From a bacterium (GTDB taxonomy: Bacteria > Patescibacteriota > Dojkabacteria > SC72): DNA of 64,000 nucleotides. The notes under the pieces were generated by a model. The model was given only the letters and a program-made list of their open reading frames with translations, had not been told where the DNA came from and searched no databases. Both the position numbers and the translations under genes were made by a program. Positions 9,732 through 19,781 of the stretch are shown in pieces. Positions within the stretch are counted from its first letter, which is position 1; each line of letters opens with the position of its first letter. The stretch covers positions 91,374-155,373 of the forward strand of contig JALHDC010000002.1 in NCBI GenBank assembly GCA_022840695.1. Direction: 5' to 3'.

Positions 9732-10613
9732 ATGCACGATTCACACATACATTTGGCACTTGAACCATTGAAATCAAATGTGGATACAATCATCGAAGAA
9801 TTTCTAAATTCAGGGGGGAAATATATATTATCCCAAGGTACAGATATCAAAGATTTTGAAGATACTTTAAAGATATCTGAGAAATATCCTAATATTGTAC
9901 ATGTAGCATTAGGACTTCATCCTACATTTTTTGAAGAGGAGAGTATTTGTAAAGGTGAATACAAAGATATAACAAGAAGGTCTTTAAAATATATAGAAGA
10001 ATTTGAAGATATTTTCAAAAAGAATATTTCTAAAATAACATCAGTAGGGGAAACAGGATTAGATTACTACCAACTATCATTAGAAAAAAATATACCTGAA
10101 GATGTAGTAGAGGAGATTATAGATATTCAAAAGAGATCATTCATACAACACTTAGAAATTGCTAAGAAAAATAATCTCCCCTTAAGTATACATGCAAGAG
10201 ATCAAAGAGATAAAAACAGTTGTGTCCTTGATACTATTCAATTGATAGCACAACAAGGCAAAGGACTTCTAAGAGGATCATTTCATAGTTATACAGGAGA
10301 TATTAAATTTGTTAATGATATTCTTGATTTAGGATTCCATATTGGCTTTAATGCAATAATCACATATAACAGTGGAGAGGATGTAAGAGAAATTTTAAAG
10401 GTAACACCATTGGAAAGAATACTTTTTGAAACGGATGGTCCTTTTCTTCCTCCACAATCAATACGAAAAAACAAAAAGATAAAGGAAAAATTTGCAAAAC
10501 CATCCCATGTAAGAGAAATTATGCAGGTAGCAGCCGAAGTAAAAGGAGTATCAATAGAAGATATGGAAAAGATATCAGATCAAAACTATCAGGATCTTTT
10601 TCTTAATTCTTAA
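9732..10613 (+). CDS. tatD: TatD-family nuclease
   Basis: DSHIHL, GLHP, VGETGLDY, IHAR, FHSY, ETDGPFL. Confidence 0.93.
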   Translation: MHDSHIHLALEPLKSNVDTIIEEFLNSGGKYILSQGTDIKDFEDTLKISEKYPNIVHVALGLHPTFFEEESICKGEYKDITRRSLKYIEEFEDIFKKNISKITSVGETGLDYYQLSLEKNIPEDVVEEIIDIQKRSFIQHLEIAKKNNLPLSIHARDQRDKNSCVLDTIQLIAQQGKGLLRGSFHSYTGDIKFVNDILDLGFHIGFNAIITYNSGEDVREILKVTPLERILFETDGPFLPPQSIRKNKKIKEKFAKPSHVREIMQVAAEVKGVSIEDMEKISDQNYQDLFLNS

Positions 10614-11295
10614 CCGGATTAATTAAACAAACAAATTCTCCATGTGGACTTTCAGAAAATTTCTCATCATGCAGAATATTTAAGACCTCATTAACCTCCC
10701 CATGGATATTTCTTTCCCTAGATTTCGATATATCCTTAGCAAGAAATATATCTACATTCCCAAAGATCTTTAATATTAATTCTAATAATCTAAGTAATCT
10801 TTTAGGGGATTCATACATAACTAGAGTATTATGTAAATTCATATACTCTTTAAATATCTTTTCTCTTCTAGTATCACTCTTAGGAAGAAATCCAAGAAAA
10901 ACAAACCTATCTGTAGGCAACCCACTAATACTTATTGCAGAAGTTAATGCAGATGCTCCAGGAATAGCCAAAACTTCATGCATGTTTTCCCTCAAATATT
11001 TTACTAACTTAAATCCAGGATCAGATATCAATGGCGTACCTGAATCTGAGATTAAAGCTAGATCTAAACCCATATCTAATTTCTCTACAACCTTCTGAAG
11101 AATTTTTTCATGATTTTGATCACGATAGGATATTAATTGAGTAGAGATGTCATATCTATCTAACAATTTTTTACTCTCCCTCGTATCCTCAGCTAATATA
11201 AAGGCAACTTTTTTTAGTGTATCAACAGCTCTAAATGTAATATCTTCCAAATTACCGATAGGAGTAGCAACAATAAATAATGTTCCTTTTTTCAT
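10603..11295 (-). CDS. rsmI: 16S rRNA C1402 2'-O-methyltransferase
   Basis: VATPIGNLEDITFRA, AEDTR, SDSGTPLISDPG, YESPKR. Confidence 0.96.
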   Translation of the reverse strand: MKKGTLFIVATPIGNLEDITFRAVDTLKKVAFILAEDTRESKKLLDRYDISTQLISYRDQNHEKILQKVVEKLDMGLDLALISDSGTPLISDPGFKLVKYLRENMHEVLAIPGASALTSAISISGLPTDRFVFLGFLPKSDTRREKIFKEYMNLHNTLVMYESPKRLLRLLELILKIFGNVDIFLAKDISKSRERNIHGEVNEVLNILHDEKFSESPHGEFVCLINPVKN

Positions 11296-11297
11296 CT

Positions 11298-11975
11298 CTA
11301 TATATTTATTAAATTTAATTCTACTCCCTCAGCTAAATCTTCAGATTGAATAGCATCATCAAGAGTAAACTTCCCAATTCTGATTCTTTTTAATTCTACT
11401 GCTGTAGCTAAGTATTTACTTTCATTACCTAAATCATTAATCAAAGTCCTAATATATGTACCACTAGAGCATACTATTCTAAATGTAACATGTGGCCAAG
11501 CATACTCTTCTATGTTAAAAGATTTTACAAATATCTCTTTTGGAGCAAGATTTACCTTCTCGTTTTTTCTTGCATATTCATATGCCTTTTTACCATTTAT
11601 TTTCTTTGCTGAAAATTGTGGTGGAGTTTGGGATATCTTACCAACTAAATTCTCTCCAATTATTTTCTCAATTAATTCTTTTTCTAAAGGATTTTCCAAG
11701 TCTCCTTTTTCTATTATTTCTCCAGTTATATCTTGTGTATCTGTAGAATATCCGAATTCTGCTTTCACTAAATACTCTTTTTCCATTTGTAAAATATCAT
11801 TCATTCTTTTTGTGCATTTTCCAAGTAGCAGTATTAATAATCCACTTGCAAAAGGATCTAATGTTCCAGCATGACCAATCTTTTGTCCTTTTGGAAGTAT
11901 CTTTTTTAATCTTCTAATAACATCATATGATGTTATACCTACCTCCTTGTTAATTAATAAAATTCCATCTATCAT
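11298..11975 (-). CDS. truB: tRNA pseudouridine-55 synthase
   Basis: KIGHAGTLDPFASGLL, PPQFSAKKING, CSSGTYIRTL. Confidence 0.96.
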   Translation of the reverse strand: MIDGILLINKEVGITSYDVIRRLKKILPKGQKIGHAGTLDPFASGLLILLLGKCTKRMNDILQMEKEYLVKAEFGYSTDTQDITGEIIEKGDLENPLEKELIEKIIGENLVGKISQTPPQFSAKKINGKKAYEYARKNEKVNLAPKEIFVKSFNIEEYAWPHVTFRIVCSSGTYIRTLINDLGNESKYLATAVELKRIRIGKFTLDDAIQSEDLAEGVELNLINI

Positions 11976-12014
11976 CTAATAAATATCTAATATATTTGAC
12001 CCAATTATATCACT

Positions 12015-12548
12015 ATGTTAAATGGAATAACCTTAGGAATAGTTATGATATTTATACTTCTTCTAGGAGGATTTCTCTTAACACTATTAATCAATGCTTT
12101 TTTAATTCCGCTTTTCAGAACTCCAAAAGAGGTCCTTGATGAGATTATAGACATGATGGAACTGAGCAAGAAAGATCATTTGGTTGATTTAGGTAGTGGA
12201 GATGGAAGATTGCTTTTGAAAGTATATAGAAATAGTATGTGTAAATGTACAGGGTATGATATTTCACCAATTATGTTGATAATTGCACAAACAAAAATGT
12301 ATTTACAATTTCCTTTTAATAAAGATATTTTATTTAAACCAGAAGATATTTATAGTGTAGATCTTAAGGAGTTTACAAAGATATACTGCTATTTGGATCA
12401 AGGAAGTATGAGAATACTAAAAGATAAATTTGAGGAATTTGTGAAGAGAGGAGGACAGATATATTCATATAGATATAACATAGAGAATATGCCAAAGGAG
12501 GAAAAGGTTATACTTAAAAATGAGGTACCACTATATATTTATAAATAG
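12015..12548 (+). CDS. Membrane-anchored class I SAM-dependent methyltransferase
   Basis: N-terminal TM; VDLGSGDGRLL motif I. Confidence 0.8.
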   Translation: MLNGITLGIVMIFILLLGGFLLTLLINAFLIPLFRTPKEVLDEIIDMMELSKKDHLVDLGSGDGRLLLKVYRNSMCKCTGYDISPIMLIIAQTKMYLQFPFNKDILFKPEDIYSVDLKEFTKIYCYLDQGSMRILKDKFEEFVKRGGQIYSYRYNIENMPKEEKVILKNEVPLYIYK

Positions 12549-12556
12549 AACAATTT

Positions 12557-12994
12557 CTACTGTTTTATTTTAGAAAATTCTTGAAATATAGATAATATTC
12601 TCAAAGAATTGGAAAAAACTATTTCCGAATTTTTTGTATAAGAAAAGATAACTCTTTGCGAATCATTTGTTATACATTCGTGAGTATAATTAATGTCCTT
12701 GGGGATTTTGGAACAAGATATATACTCTCTATACTCCCCTGCTTCCACACTTAAGAAAAAATGATTCTTAGATTTGTAACTTTTTAATTCAAGTCCTACC
12801 TCTCCACAATCTTCAGTTAGGAGACGATTCCCACATTGATTTTTTGTGCATGCTAAATCTACCCTGGAGATTAATGATTTTTGGATATCATCTATACATT
12901 GTTCTTTTAATAATCCCATCATAACTTCACAGCTGTCATATCCTGGAACAGGAATTTGAGGATTTAATTGTTCTTGATTTATCTCTAGGCCCAT
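12557..12994 (-). CDS. Hypothetical protein
   Basis: 145-aa ORF filling the intergenic space; no recognisable motif. Confidence 0.55.
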   Translation of the reverse strand: MGLEINQEQLNPQIPVPGYDSCEVMMGLLKEQCIDDIQKSLISRVDLACTKNQCGNRLLTEDCGEVGLELKSYKSKNHFFLSVEAGEYREYISCSKIPKDINYTHECITNDSQRVIFSYTKNSEIVFSNSLRILSIFQEFSKIKQ

Positions 12995-13011
12995 AATATT
13001 TATTGGGAGGA

Positions 13012-13431
13012 TTATATCACGATACTAATATCATCATCTAGATAGCCATTAACATCGTTTAAGATCCTATTAAAATTCTCAGCCACAATACCTGGATGTT
13101 CTCTAAAATTGTATTCCATTGCTTTAATACTTCCATCCGTTTTGCCAATGGTATAACCAATGAATTTCGCATTCCTGCTACTAAATATTTCTTCCTTTCT
13201 GTTTTCATTAGCATTAGTGATACAAATAGAACAGAAACTTGGAGAAATATCAGGAAGATACATATTTCCACCTAATGTATAAAGTATTTCCAATTCACTA
13301 TCCGATTTTTTCAAATACTTTTGAAGCTTTGAAGTGCTTTCTCTTAATGTAGAATCTAGCTTCCTTGCCTCTGTATTCTTTTCGTTACTCTTGTTTTTAA
13401 ACAATTCCATAAAATTCCTATCCATACACAT
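13012..13431 (-). CDS. Hypothetical protein
   Basis: 139-aa ORF with TGGTATAAT immediately upstream; the true start may be the downstream ATG at 13425. Confidence 0.55.
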   Translation of the reverse strand: MCMDRNFMELFKNKSNEKNTEARKLDSTLRESTSKLQKYLKKSDSELEILYTLGGNMYLPDISPSFCSICITNANENRKEEIFSSRNAKFIGYTIGKTDGSIKAMEYNFREHPGIVAENFNRILNDVNGYLDDDISIVI

Positions 13432-13470
13432 AATTATACCAACCGCATGGAAATAGCGATATAATAATAC

Positions 13471-14685
13471 ATGCCAATCTATGAACCATTAGCATCAAAA
13501 TATAGACCTAAAACATTAGAAGAATTTGTTGGACAAAAACACTTAGTAGGGGAGAATGGTCCAATTAGAAAATTTCTAGATAGTGGAAATATCCCATCTA
13601 TGATTTTCTGGGGACCTCCTGGAACTGGTAAAACAACTCTAGCATATATTATTTCTTTAAACCTGTATTACGATTTTCATAAGCTCCAAGCAGTAAACTC
13701 TGGAAAAGATCATCTTAGGAAAATCATAAAGATTGCCATATCGAATCAACAATATGGGAAAAAAACAATTCTCTTTTTAGATGAGATACACAGATGGAAT
13801 AAAGCACAACAGGATGCGCTTCTACCATATGTTGAAAAAGGTGTGATAATACTTATTGGTGCAACAACTGAGAATCCTTCATTTACTGTTAATACACCAT
13901 TGCTTTCAAGAGCAAAGGTCTTTGTATTTAAACAACAAACGGAAGAAGATATATATGATCTTCTAAAGAAAATTAGTAAAAAAGAGTTTCCAGATGTAGA
14001 AATCAAAAAGAAGGAACTTGAGACAATGGCCAACCTATCTAATGGAGATATCCGATCTGGATTAAACATATTAGAGATGGCAACAACACTTGCAACTGCT
14101 CAACAGAAGGGGAGAGAAAAAGCTAGGGTTACAGAAGAAATATTACAAAATACAATACAAAAGCCAATATATTATGACAAGAATGGAGAGGAACATTACA
14201 ACATAATATCTGCAATTCATAAATCAATGAGATCATCTAACCCGGATGCAGCTGCATATTGGGTAGGGCGAATGCTACAAGCAGGAGAAGATCCTTTGTA
14301 TGTAGCTAGAAGATTGCTTAGATTTGCTAGTGAAGATGTGGGGAATTCGAATCCAAATGCTTTAATACTAGCAAACAATGTATATGAAGCATGCCAAAAA
14401 ATTGGTATGCCAGAGTGTGAAGTTTTCCTAATTCAATTAGCAATATATCTTTCAAAAGCACCTAAGAACAACAGTGCATATATGGTTGAGAATATGGTGA
14501 AGGAAGATATTGAAAAGTATGGAAATCTGCCTGTCCCTATGAATATACGAAATGCAGAAACCAAGCTCATGAAAAATCTTGGATATGGAAAAGGTTATGA
14601 ATATGATCACGATCTACCAAATAAGAAATCAGATCAACAGTGTATGCCAGACAAACTAAAAAACAGAAAATATCTCAAAGAGTAA
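13471..14685 (+). CDS. rarA: Replication-associated recombination protein A
   Basis: PLASKYRP, GPPGTGKTT, LDEIHR, GATTENPSF, HYNIISAIHKSMR. Confidence 0.96.
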   Translation: MPIYEPLASKYRPKTLEEFVGQKHLVGENGPIRKFLDSGNIPSMIFWGPPGTGKTTLAYIISLNLYYDFHKLQAVNSGKDHLRKIIKIAISNQQYGKKTILFLDEIHRWNKAQQDALLPYVEKGVIILIGATTENPSFTVNTPLLSRAKVFVFKQQTEEDIYDLLKKISKKEFPDVEIKKKELETMANLSNGDIRSGLNILEMATTLATAQQKGREKARVTEEILQNTIQKPIYYDKNGEEHYNIISAIHKSMRSSNPDAAAYWVGRMLQAGEDPLYVARRLLRFASEDVGNSNPNALILANNVYEACQKIGMPECEVFLIQLAIYLSKAPKNNSAYMVENMVKEDIEKYGNLPVPMNIRNAETKLMKNLGYGKGYEYDHDLPNKKSDQQCMPDKLKNRKYLKE

Positions 14686-14740
14686 TCATATATAGAGTTC
14701 TAAGTGGAAAAATTAAAATAATATATATATAATAACGGAC

Positions 14741-15961
14741 ATGGAAATCAGAAAAGATCCAGAAATTATTGAAAGAATATTAGAGAAAGGAGTAGAGCAG
14801 GTACTTCCTTCGAAAGAAGCACTTAAAAGTCTCTTAGAATCTGGGAAAAGAATAAAGATATACCAAGGTTTTGATCCAACAGCAGATACATTACATATTG
14901 GACATACTGTTGGAATGAGAAAATTAGAAGACTTTAGAAAATTAGGTCATCATGTCATATTTCTTGTTGGAGATTTCACAGCTAGGATAGGTGATCCTTC
15001 TGACAAAACTTCTGCTAGACAGATGTTAACAAAAGAACAAGTTGAAGAAAACATGAAGCTGTACAAAGAGCAAGCTTCCAGAATAATAGATATTGATAAT
15101 AAAGAAAATCCTGTTGAAGTCCTCTACAATAGTGAATGGTTAGAAAAATTGAACTTTGGTGACATTATACAATTAGCATCAAAATTCACTGTTCAACAGA
15201 TGATTAAAAGAGATATGTTTAGGAAAAGATTAGAAATAAATAAACCAATATACATTAGTGAATTTATGTATCCAATTATGCAGGGATATGATTGTGTAAT
15301 GATGAATGTAGATGTAGAAGTAGGTGGAAATGATCAGCTTTTCAATATGTTAGCGGGAAGAGATTTAATTATGTCAGAACTTAATAAAGAAAAAATCGTG
15401 TTAGCAGGAAAACTTTTAGCAACCTCTGATGGTACAAAGATGGGGAAAAGTGAAGGCAATATGATTAAAATGAATGATACTCCCGAAGAAATTTTTGGGA
15501 AAGTAATGGCATTTACAGATTCAATGATAATTAGTGGATTTGAGATACTCACGAATTCAACAATGCAAGAAGTCGCTAATTACAAACAAAGACTAGAATC
15601 TGGAGAAAACCCCATGGCTTTGAAAAAAGAACTAGCTCACATGATTACTTCAGAAATTACAAGTGAAGAGGAGGCAGACAAAGCACAAGAGTACTTTGAA
15701 TCTGTATTCCAAAACAAAGAGCAAAATGTGGAAATACCAGAAAAGAGTATAGATAAAGAAGAAATACCTCTAAATGAACTACTCGTAAATATAGAGTTTG
15801 CTAGCAGTAAATCAGAGGCAAAAAGATTAGTAGATCAGGGAGCCGTAAAAATAAATGATCAAAAGGCTACCCAATTTAATCAAATTCTCAATATAAAAAA
15901 CTCTCAACCTCTAATGATTAGAGCAGGGAGAAAGTTATGCACTGTAACATATAGGTCATAA
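14741..15961 (+). CDS. tyrS: Tyrosine--tRNA ligase
   Basis: GFDPTADTLHIGH, YPIMQGYD, GGNDQLFN, KMGKS, C-terminal S4 domain. Confidence 0.97.
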   Translation: MEIRKDPEIIERILEKGVEQVLPSKEALKSLLESGKRIKIYQGFDPTADTLHIGHTVGMRKLEDFRKLGHHVIFLVGDFTARIGDPSDKTSARQMLTKEQVEENMKLYKEQASRIIDIDNKENPVEVLYNSEWLEKLNFGDIIQLASKFTVQQMIKRDMFRKRLEINKPIYISEFMYPIMQGYDCVMMNVDVEVGGNDQLFNMLAGRDLIMSELNKEKIVLAGKLLATSDGTKMGKSEGNMIKMNDTPEEIFGKVMAFTDSMIISGFEILTNSTMQEVANYKQRLESGENPMALKKELAHMITSEITSEEEADKAQEYFESVFQNKEQNVEIPEKSIDKEEIPLNELLVNIEFASSKSEAKRLVDQGAVKINDQKATQFNQILNIKNSQPLMIRAGRKLCTVTYRS

Positions 15962-15988
15962 CAGGGGGAAGGAAATAAAATATTTTAA

Positions 15989-16014
15989 CCCCCTGATATA
16001 TAAGGGGGATTTTT
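15989..16014 (+). terminator. Intrinsic terminator-like hairpin after tyrS, with an alternative upstream pairing arm
   Basis: CCCCCT(15989)...AGGGGG(16003) then ATTTTT. CAGGGGG at 15962 can pair with the 5' arm instead. Confidence 0.55.
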
Positions 16015-16018
16015 AATT

Positions 16019-17473
16019 ATGGAAGAAACAAAAAAAATAAAACAAGACATATTAGAAAAAGTATCATCCATATTTAAGGATGATGTAAGTGCAGCTATAA
16101 AATATGCAGACAAAATACATTCTAATCAAAAAAGATATGATGGAGAACCACTAATAACTCATATACTAAGAACTGCGAGACTTGCAATAGAAAACAATTT
16201 TGATACAAATACAATAATTTCTGCAATACTCCATCAAGTTCCATTAAATACAGAGAATAAAAAATATATTACGAAAAACTTTGGCACAGAGGTAATACAA
16301 ATACTAGAAAAAATCGAAGATATTAGAAAGTGTACAGAAACAACAGAAACACCAGATGAAATAATTATTAAATATATATTAAGTAGTTCAAAGGATTTAA
16401 GACCCGTTATCATAAAAATATTAGATACTTTAGATGATATTAAAACAATAGAAAGTGTTCCTGAATGTGAGAAAAAAATATCATTACATAAAGCATTAAG
16501 TATATATTCTGTACTAGCTGAATATCTGAATTTAGACCATTTAAAAAAGGAAATCGAGGAAAATGCCTTTAGAGAATATCTACCAACAGAGTATGAAAGC
16601 ATTAGTAGAAAAATGGAAGAAGCAAATATAAATAAAGATTTGTTAAACAGATACAAAGATAAACTTGAGAATATTGTAAAACCTTTACATTTTAAAAAGA
16701 GAGTAGAAGGAAGAGTAAAAGGAAAATACAGTATATACAACAAATTAAAAAAATATGAAAAAGAATGGATAGATCCCAGAATCGATAGGGTTGATGACTT
16801 AATTGCTTTTAGAATAATAACCGATACCGAAGATTCATGCTTCTTGATCTTAGAAAAACTCATGGATAATGGGGAACCTGATTACGATCTTTTTGATGAC
16901 TATATTTCCAACCCAAAACCGAATGGATATCAGGCAATTCAGTTTCCAATTAAATTTACAGACATATCAAATTTAGAAATAGAGGTACAGATAATGACTG
17001 AAGATATGTACTACTACAATACATACGGTCCAGCTTCCCACATTGCATATAAAGCATCTAAATCTAGATATGCAAAGCCATCAAATGAATATGATTGGGT
17101 AGAGGAGATACATAAGCAAATGCAACAGAATAGAAAAGAAATACACAATAAAAAAGACTTACCAATTAAATGCAATATATTTGAAGATGAGGTATTCATA
17201 TTCACTCCAAAAGGTAAAATACTGGATCTAAACAAAGGAGATACTGTATTAGATTTTGCATTTAAATTACATACACAGATTGGAAACAGTGCAGTATCGG
17301 CAGAAGTAAATGGAAAGGCGGCGAAACTTTCATCTGTATTAGCGACAGGAGATGTTGTTGAGATTAAGACAGATAAAAGTAAAAAATATCAAAAGACAGA
17401 AGCATTAAGATATGTAAATTCTCTTACCTCCAAATTTAAAATAAGAAAGAATCTCTCAAAAAATGTTCCATAG
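16019..17473 (+). CDS. RelA/SpoT homologue (degenerate HD + synthetase + TGS)
   Basis: GRVKGKYSIYNK, DLIAFRII, DYISNPKPNGYQ, EVQI, FTPKG...DFAFKLHT. HD reads HQ. Confidence 0.9.
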   Translation: MEETKKIKQDILEKVSSIFKDDVSAAIKYADKIHSNQKRYDGEPLITHILRTARLAIENNFDTNTIISAILHQVPLNTENKKYITKNFGTEVIQILEKIEDIRKCTETTETPDEIIIKYILSSSKDLRPVIIKILDTLDDIKTIESVPECEKKISLHKALSIYSVLAEYLNLDHLKKEIEENAFREYLPTEYESISRKMEEANINKDLLNRYKDKLENIVKPLHFKKRVEGRVKGKYSIYNKLKKYEKEWIDPRIDRVDDLIAFRIITDTEDSCFLILEKLMDNGEPDYDLFDDYISNPKPNGYQAIQFPIKFTDISNLEIEVQIMTEDMYYYNTYGPASHIAYKASKSRYAKPSNEYDWVEEIHKQMQQNRKEIHNKKDLPIKCNIFEDEVFIFTPKGKILDLNKGDTVLDFAFKLHTQIGNSAVSAEVNGKAAKLSSVLATGDVVEIKTDKSKKYQKTEALRYVNSLTSKFKIRKNLSKNVP

Positions 17474-17634
17474 GGTCTGACACTGGACTGTCCCTCTAAT
17501 ACCTTTACCTTGTACAATCTTTTTGCAAAAAAGAATGTTCTTTAGGATGTTGCAATAACAAAAATATGTACAAAAAGAGAACGATTTCCTCTTGTACAGA
17601 GGTTTTTACGGGGACAGAGGAGGGTCTGACCCTT
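17472..17634. repeat. Inverted pair of REP-like repeats (GGGACAG...GGGTCWGACCC family)
   Basis: 17472-17497 AGGGTCTGACACTGGACTGTCCCTCT and 17610-17634 GGGGACAGAGGAGGGTCTGACCCTT. Related copies occur at 57459-57548. Confidence 0.75.
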
Positions 17635-17666
17635 TCCAACTTAAGTAGAAAATAATAGAATAGTGT

Positions 17667-17777
17667 ATGAAGAAAAGTACAAAGAAAAAATTGAGTAATA
17701 TTATAAATATCGGGATAGCCCTTATACTACTTGGAAGTATAGTCATTCCAATAATACTAAGTCTCATTTCAATATAA
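17667..17777 (+). CDS. 36-aa single-pass membrane peptide (not in ORF track)
   Basis: MKKSTKKKLSNIINIGIALILLGSIVIPIILSLISI*. TAGAAT lies 5 nt upstream, and the ORF ends 3 nt before recG. Confidence 0.6.
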   Translation: MKKSTKKKLSNIINIGIALILLGSIVIPIILSLISI

Positions 17778-17780
17778 TCT

Positions 17781-19781
17781 ATGATTCTTCACAAAGATTC
17801 AGAGATAACAGAAATAAAAGGAATAGGTATCAAGCAAGCTCAGAACTTCTACAAACTAAACATATTTACCGTAAAGGACCTTCTATTCCATATTCCATTT
17901 AGATATCAAGACACTTCTTCAGTATTCTCCATAGCAGAGGTAAAAGAGAAAGGAGAAGGGACAATTCTAGCAGAAATAGAGGATGTACAAATCACATACT
18001 TTAAGAAAAAGATCGTTACTGTAAAAGTAAAAGATGATACAGGAACTCTTAGACTTACATATTTCAATCAACCATATTTAAAAAAATCATTAGAAAAGGG
18101 ATCTATATATCTTTTTGATATAAAAATAACGAATAAAAGTGGAAGAAAGAATATATATAATTCTAAATTTGAAAAATTTAAGTACAATCCTGAAAATCAA
18201 ATTCATTTAGGAAAATGGATTGGAATATACCCGGAAAGCAGGGGCTTAACATCGAGAATGATTAGAGGAAAGATAAAATCTTTAGAGAAGGATATATCTA
18301 AAATAATAACTGAACCTTTAGGGGAATACTTAAAGAATACTGATCTCGAAACATTACCAAGCAGTATAGAAAAAATACATTTTCCAGAAAATCAAAAAGA
18401 TATAGATATTGCAAGAAAAAGACTCTCTTTTGATGAGATGTTAAAAATTGCTTTCCGAATAGAAAAAGCAGATATTAAAAGAAAATCGGAAAAAAGCAAA
18501 CCCATGAAGATAGAAAGCAATTATCTAAATAATTTCATAAAATCGCTTCCATACAAATTAACTAATGATCAAAACAAAGCAATCGAAGAGATATTAGAAG
18601 ATACTACAAAGAAAATTCCAATGAACAGACTATTAAATGGGGATGTGGGAAGTGGTAAAACAGTTGTATCAGCAATAGCCATATTGAACACAATAAAGAA
18701 TGGATATTCAAGTATATTAATAGCCCCTACCACAGTATTGGCTCAACAACACTACGATACATTTAAAGAAATCTTCAAGGATTTCAATATAGACATAGAG
18801 ATATGTATTTCGAATAAAAAAACAATTAAAAAAGCGGACAATAAATTAATAATAGGAACTCATGCCATATTGTATGAGAAAGAATTACCTAAAGATCTTA
18901 ATTTAGTAATAATAGATGAACAACATAGATTTGGTGTAGAGCAAAGAGAGTATTTCAAGAAGAAAAATAAGCTTACACCTCACTATCTAACCATGACTGC
19001 AACACCTATCCCAAGAAGTTTAACAGAGATATTCTTTGGGGGATTAGATGTATCGGAAATAAGAGAGAAACCTAAAAACAGGAAAGAGATAAAAACATTC
19101 TTTACACCTTTTAAGAAAAGGAATGATTGTTTTGATTGGATAAAAAAGAATATAAAGGAAAGTAATTTAGGGAATCAAGCATTTATAATCTATCCGTTGA
19201 TAGAGGAGTCTGAGAAGTTAAGTGCAAAGGCAGTAGTAACAGAATTTAGGTATTTAAAGGAAATATTTAAAGGATTAAGTGTTGAATTTTTACACGGGAG
19301 ATTAAAAGCAAGAGAGAAAGAAAAGCTTTTGGAAGATTTTAGAAATAAAAAAATCAACATCTTAATTTCCACTACAGTTATAGAAGTAGGGATAGATATT
19401 CCGGATGCAACCATTATGGTAATAGAAGATGCTGAGAGGTTTGGTCTTGCACAACTTCATCAGTTAAGAGGAAGAGTAGGAAGAAGTGATAAGGAATCAT
19501 TCTGTTTTGTGATACCTAGTTCTAATGTAGAAAGAAATTCTCCTGCAGAGCAAAGGTTAAGATATTTTGCTAATCATTCTTCAGGATTTGAGGTTGCAGA
19601 GTATGATCTTCAAAACAGGGGACCAGGTGAAGTATACGGTTTGAAACAATCAGGTGTTCCCCAATTTAAAGTAGCCTCAATACATGATCTTAAGCTATTA
19701 AAGAAAGCAAGAATTCTTGCAAAAAGAATCCTTAAAGAAGATAATAATCCTGAATATATTTTAGAAAATCTTTTTGAATGA
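17781..19781 (+). CDS. recG: ATP-dependent DNA helicase RecG
   Basis: RLLNGDVGSGKT, IDEQHRFGVEQR, MTATPIPRSL, QLHQLRGRVGR. Confidence 0.97.
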   Translation: MILHKDSEITEIKGIGIKQAQNFYKLNIFTVKDLLFHIPFRYQDTSSVFSIAEVKEKGEGTILAEIEDVQITYFKKKIVTVKVKDDTGTLRLTYFNQPYLKKSLEKGSIYLFDIKITNKSGRKNIYNSKFEKFKYNPENQIHLGKWIGIYPESRGLTSRMIRGKIKSLEKDISKIITEPLGEYLKNTDLETLPSSIEKIHFPENQKDIDIARKRLSFDEMLKIAFRIEKADIKRKSEKSKPMKIESNYLNNFIKSLPYKLTNDQNKAIEEILEDTTKKIPMNRLLNGDVGSGKTVVSAIAILNTIKNGYSSILIAPTTVLAQQHYDTFKEIFKDFNIDIEICISNKKTIKKADNKLIIGTHAILYEKELPKDLNLVIIDEQHRFGVEQREYFKKKNKLTPHYLTMTATPIPRSLTEIFFGGLDVSEIREKPKNRKEIKTFFTPFKKRNDCFDWIKKNIKESNLGNQAFIIYPLIEESEKLSAKAVVTEFRYLKEIFKGLSVEFLHGRLKAREKEKLLEDFRNKKINILISTTVIEVGIDIPDATIMVIEDAERFGLAQLHQLRGRVGRSDKESFCFVIPSSNVERNSPAEQRLRYFANHSSGFEVAEYDLQNRGPGEVYGLKQSGVPQFKVASIHDLKLLKKARILAKRILKEDNNPEYILENLFE

